From positions 15,748,001 to 15,812,000 of the forward strand of contig NC_086101.1 in NCBI RefSeq assembly GCF_963921235.1: a stretch of DNA of 64,000 nucleotides, read 5' to 3'. Position numbers and translations under genes: made by a program. Of this stretch, positions 62,211 through 64,000 are shown piece by piece. Numbering within the stretch: position 1 is the stretch's first letter; every line of letters starts with the position of its first letter. Source of the stretch: Mobula hypostoma (Eukaryota). The notes under the pieces were generated by a model, which saw only the letters and a list, made by a program, of their open reading frames with translations, had not been told where the DNA came from and did not search any database.

Positions 62211-64000
62211 AGGACAGGTGTTGGGTTGGCATGGACTAGATTAGTCGAAGAATAGAATAGAATTGAACTTTATTGTCATTGCTCAAGACAACGAGATTGT
62301 GGTGCTACTGTACTCCAGTCCGTGCAAAACAGATATTTACAATGCATGTGGCATGGCTTAGTTAAACAAAAACAATACTTACATGCAACAAATGACTTTG
62401 CTAGTCCATAATACTCAAAGGCCATTGTCATTATTAGAAGAACCTGTTTTTGTGTTATAGTGCTCGATGGATCCAATTATTTAAATGAAAACCCAATTAG
62501 AGTGAATATAAAGTCCATTGTTGTGCAAATGTTGTTATACTGAGGTGGTGATTAGGGTTGTGTAGTTTGGCTCAAGAACCAAATGTTTCCTGATCAGACA
62601 AGGAATAATATCCATGAATTATATAAGGAAAGGGGTCCGGCATCTTTTGTGGAGTTAGTGCGATCTCCCTGGGTCAATAGAGGAGGCAGAGATCACTTTA
62701 GGTCAATAACGGTGATCAAGAGAATCGTAGTTACACACAGGACAATGGATAGAATGGAGGGAAGTGAACCATGTACAGGTGGAGGAGATGAGTGTAATTA
62801 GACACCATTAGTTTAATTAGTCCAGCATTAACTGTGGGCTGAAATCTTGTTCCTGTGGTCTACTGTTTGACATTCTATGTCCTATGTCCTTTGTTCCGAG
62901 AACAGCTTCTTCCCCATTGCTGTCAGAGTTTTGAACGATTCGCCTCTTTCATGTCCCTGTCCCGGTGGTCCTGCTGCTTCCCGAACCTTTAATTCTATCT
63001 AATCACTTCAGAGGTCAAATACATTTATTATTGAAGAACATATACTGTTTCCCCCCTTGAGAATAATTTTCTTGCGAGGATTTACAGGAAATTAGAGAAA
63101 TACAACAGAATTTATGACAAACTATGACGAACAAAGGCTGACAAACAACCAGGGTGCAAAAGAAGGCTTATAATAAACAAAAATAAATAAGTGATATTGA
63201 ATTTGTAAGTTCTTGAAAACGAATCTATTGGTTGTGGAGTCAGTTTAGCGCTGAGGTGAGTGAGATTGTTCACACTGGTTCAGGAGCCTGATAGTTGTAG
63301 GGCAGGGTTTGAAACCTGGGATCCACGGACCCCTTGCCTAATAGTATTAGTCCATGGCATAAAAAAAGATTGGGAACCCGTGTTGTAAGGTAATAACTGT
63401 TCCTGAACTGGCAGCATGGGACTTAAGGCTCTCGTACTTCATGCTTTATGTTAGTAGTGAGAAGACAGCATGGCTTGGATGGTGGGATCCTTGATAATGG
63501 ATGCTCCTTTCTTGTGGCAGTGCTCCTTGTAAATAAGGTGAAGCAGAGACTTCCGCAAAAGAGAAAAAACACAGAGATGAGCACTTGAAGCTTTTCTAAG
63601 CAAAATGAACTAGTTATCCACATCCTCCCTCATCGCGAGCAATCCCCACTTATGATATCCAGTCTCTCTCGCTCTCCACGCTTTTATTCTCTCTACCCAT
63701 ACCCTCCTCACAGCAATCCAATCTAAGCTATGTTTTCAATTTTGCCCAGTTCTGTTGAAAACCCACTATTCCAGAACTTTAACTCTGCTTGATTCTCTGG
63801 AGATCCTGTTTAACCTGCTGAATACCCCAGCATTCTTTGATTTTATTTCGGATTTCTAGCATCTGCGGGCTTTTATTTTGCTTTACGACTTACCATCCAA
63901 GGTCCTTCCTCCAATGGGGGTGGAGGTAAATCATCTGTAAAATTAATGATGTGCATATTAATGCAGACACTGGCAGATTTACGACTATCCTCTGCTTTCT

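Overview
This is AT-rich, intron-dominated vertebrate DNA. The repeat landscape (CR1, Rex1/Babar-like, Penelope GIY-YIG, L1, V-SINE-like) points to a cartilaginous fish, possibly a ray; that assignment is inference. Most of the window is fragmented retroelements. The main host feature is a minus-strand NCR3 (NKp30)-family Ig gene. It has a putative 5' exon (donor at 34037), one signal-peptide exon (33618-33660, MEVGAILWLLTVSS-G), a divergent 339-nt VJ-type V exon (19862-20200) and four tandemly duplicated, intact, near-identical 330-nt V exons (15255-15584, 7560-7889, 5384-5713, 2173-2502). All five V exons are phase 1-1. I found no leader inside the duplicated units and no transmembrane exon for this gene in the window. 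It may therefore be a multi-V receptor or a cassette locus with alternatively spliced V exons. A second, unidentified minus-strand gene is suggested by a phase-consistent chain of small exons at 59.7-49.3 kb. Other features: nested insertions with target-site duplications, a miniature Gypsy-derived LTR element, a ~750-bp Penelope palindrome, two minisatellite families and a CTCF-like site. No rRNA, true tRNA or CRISPR array was found.
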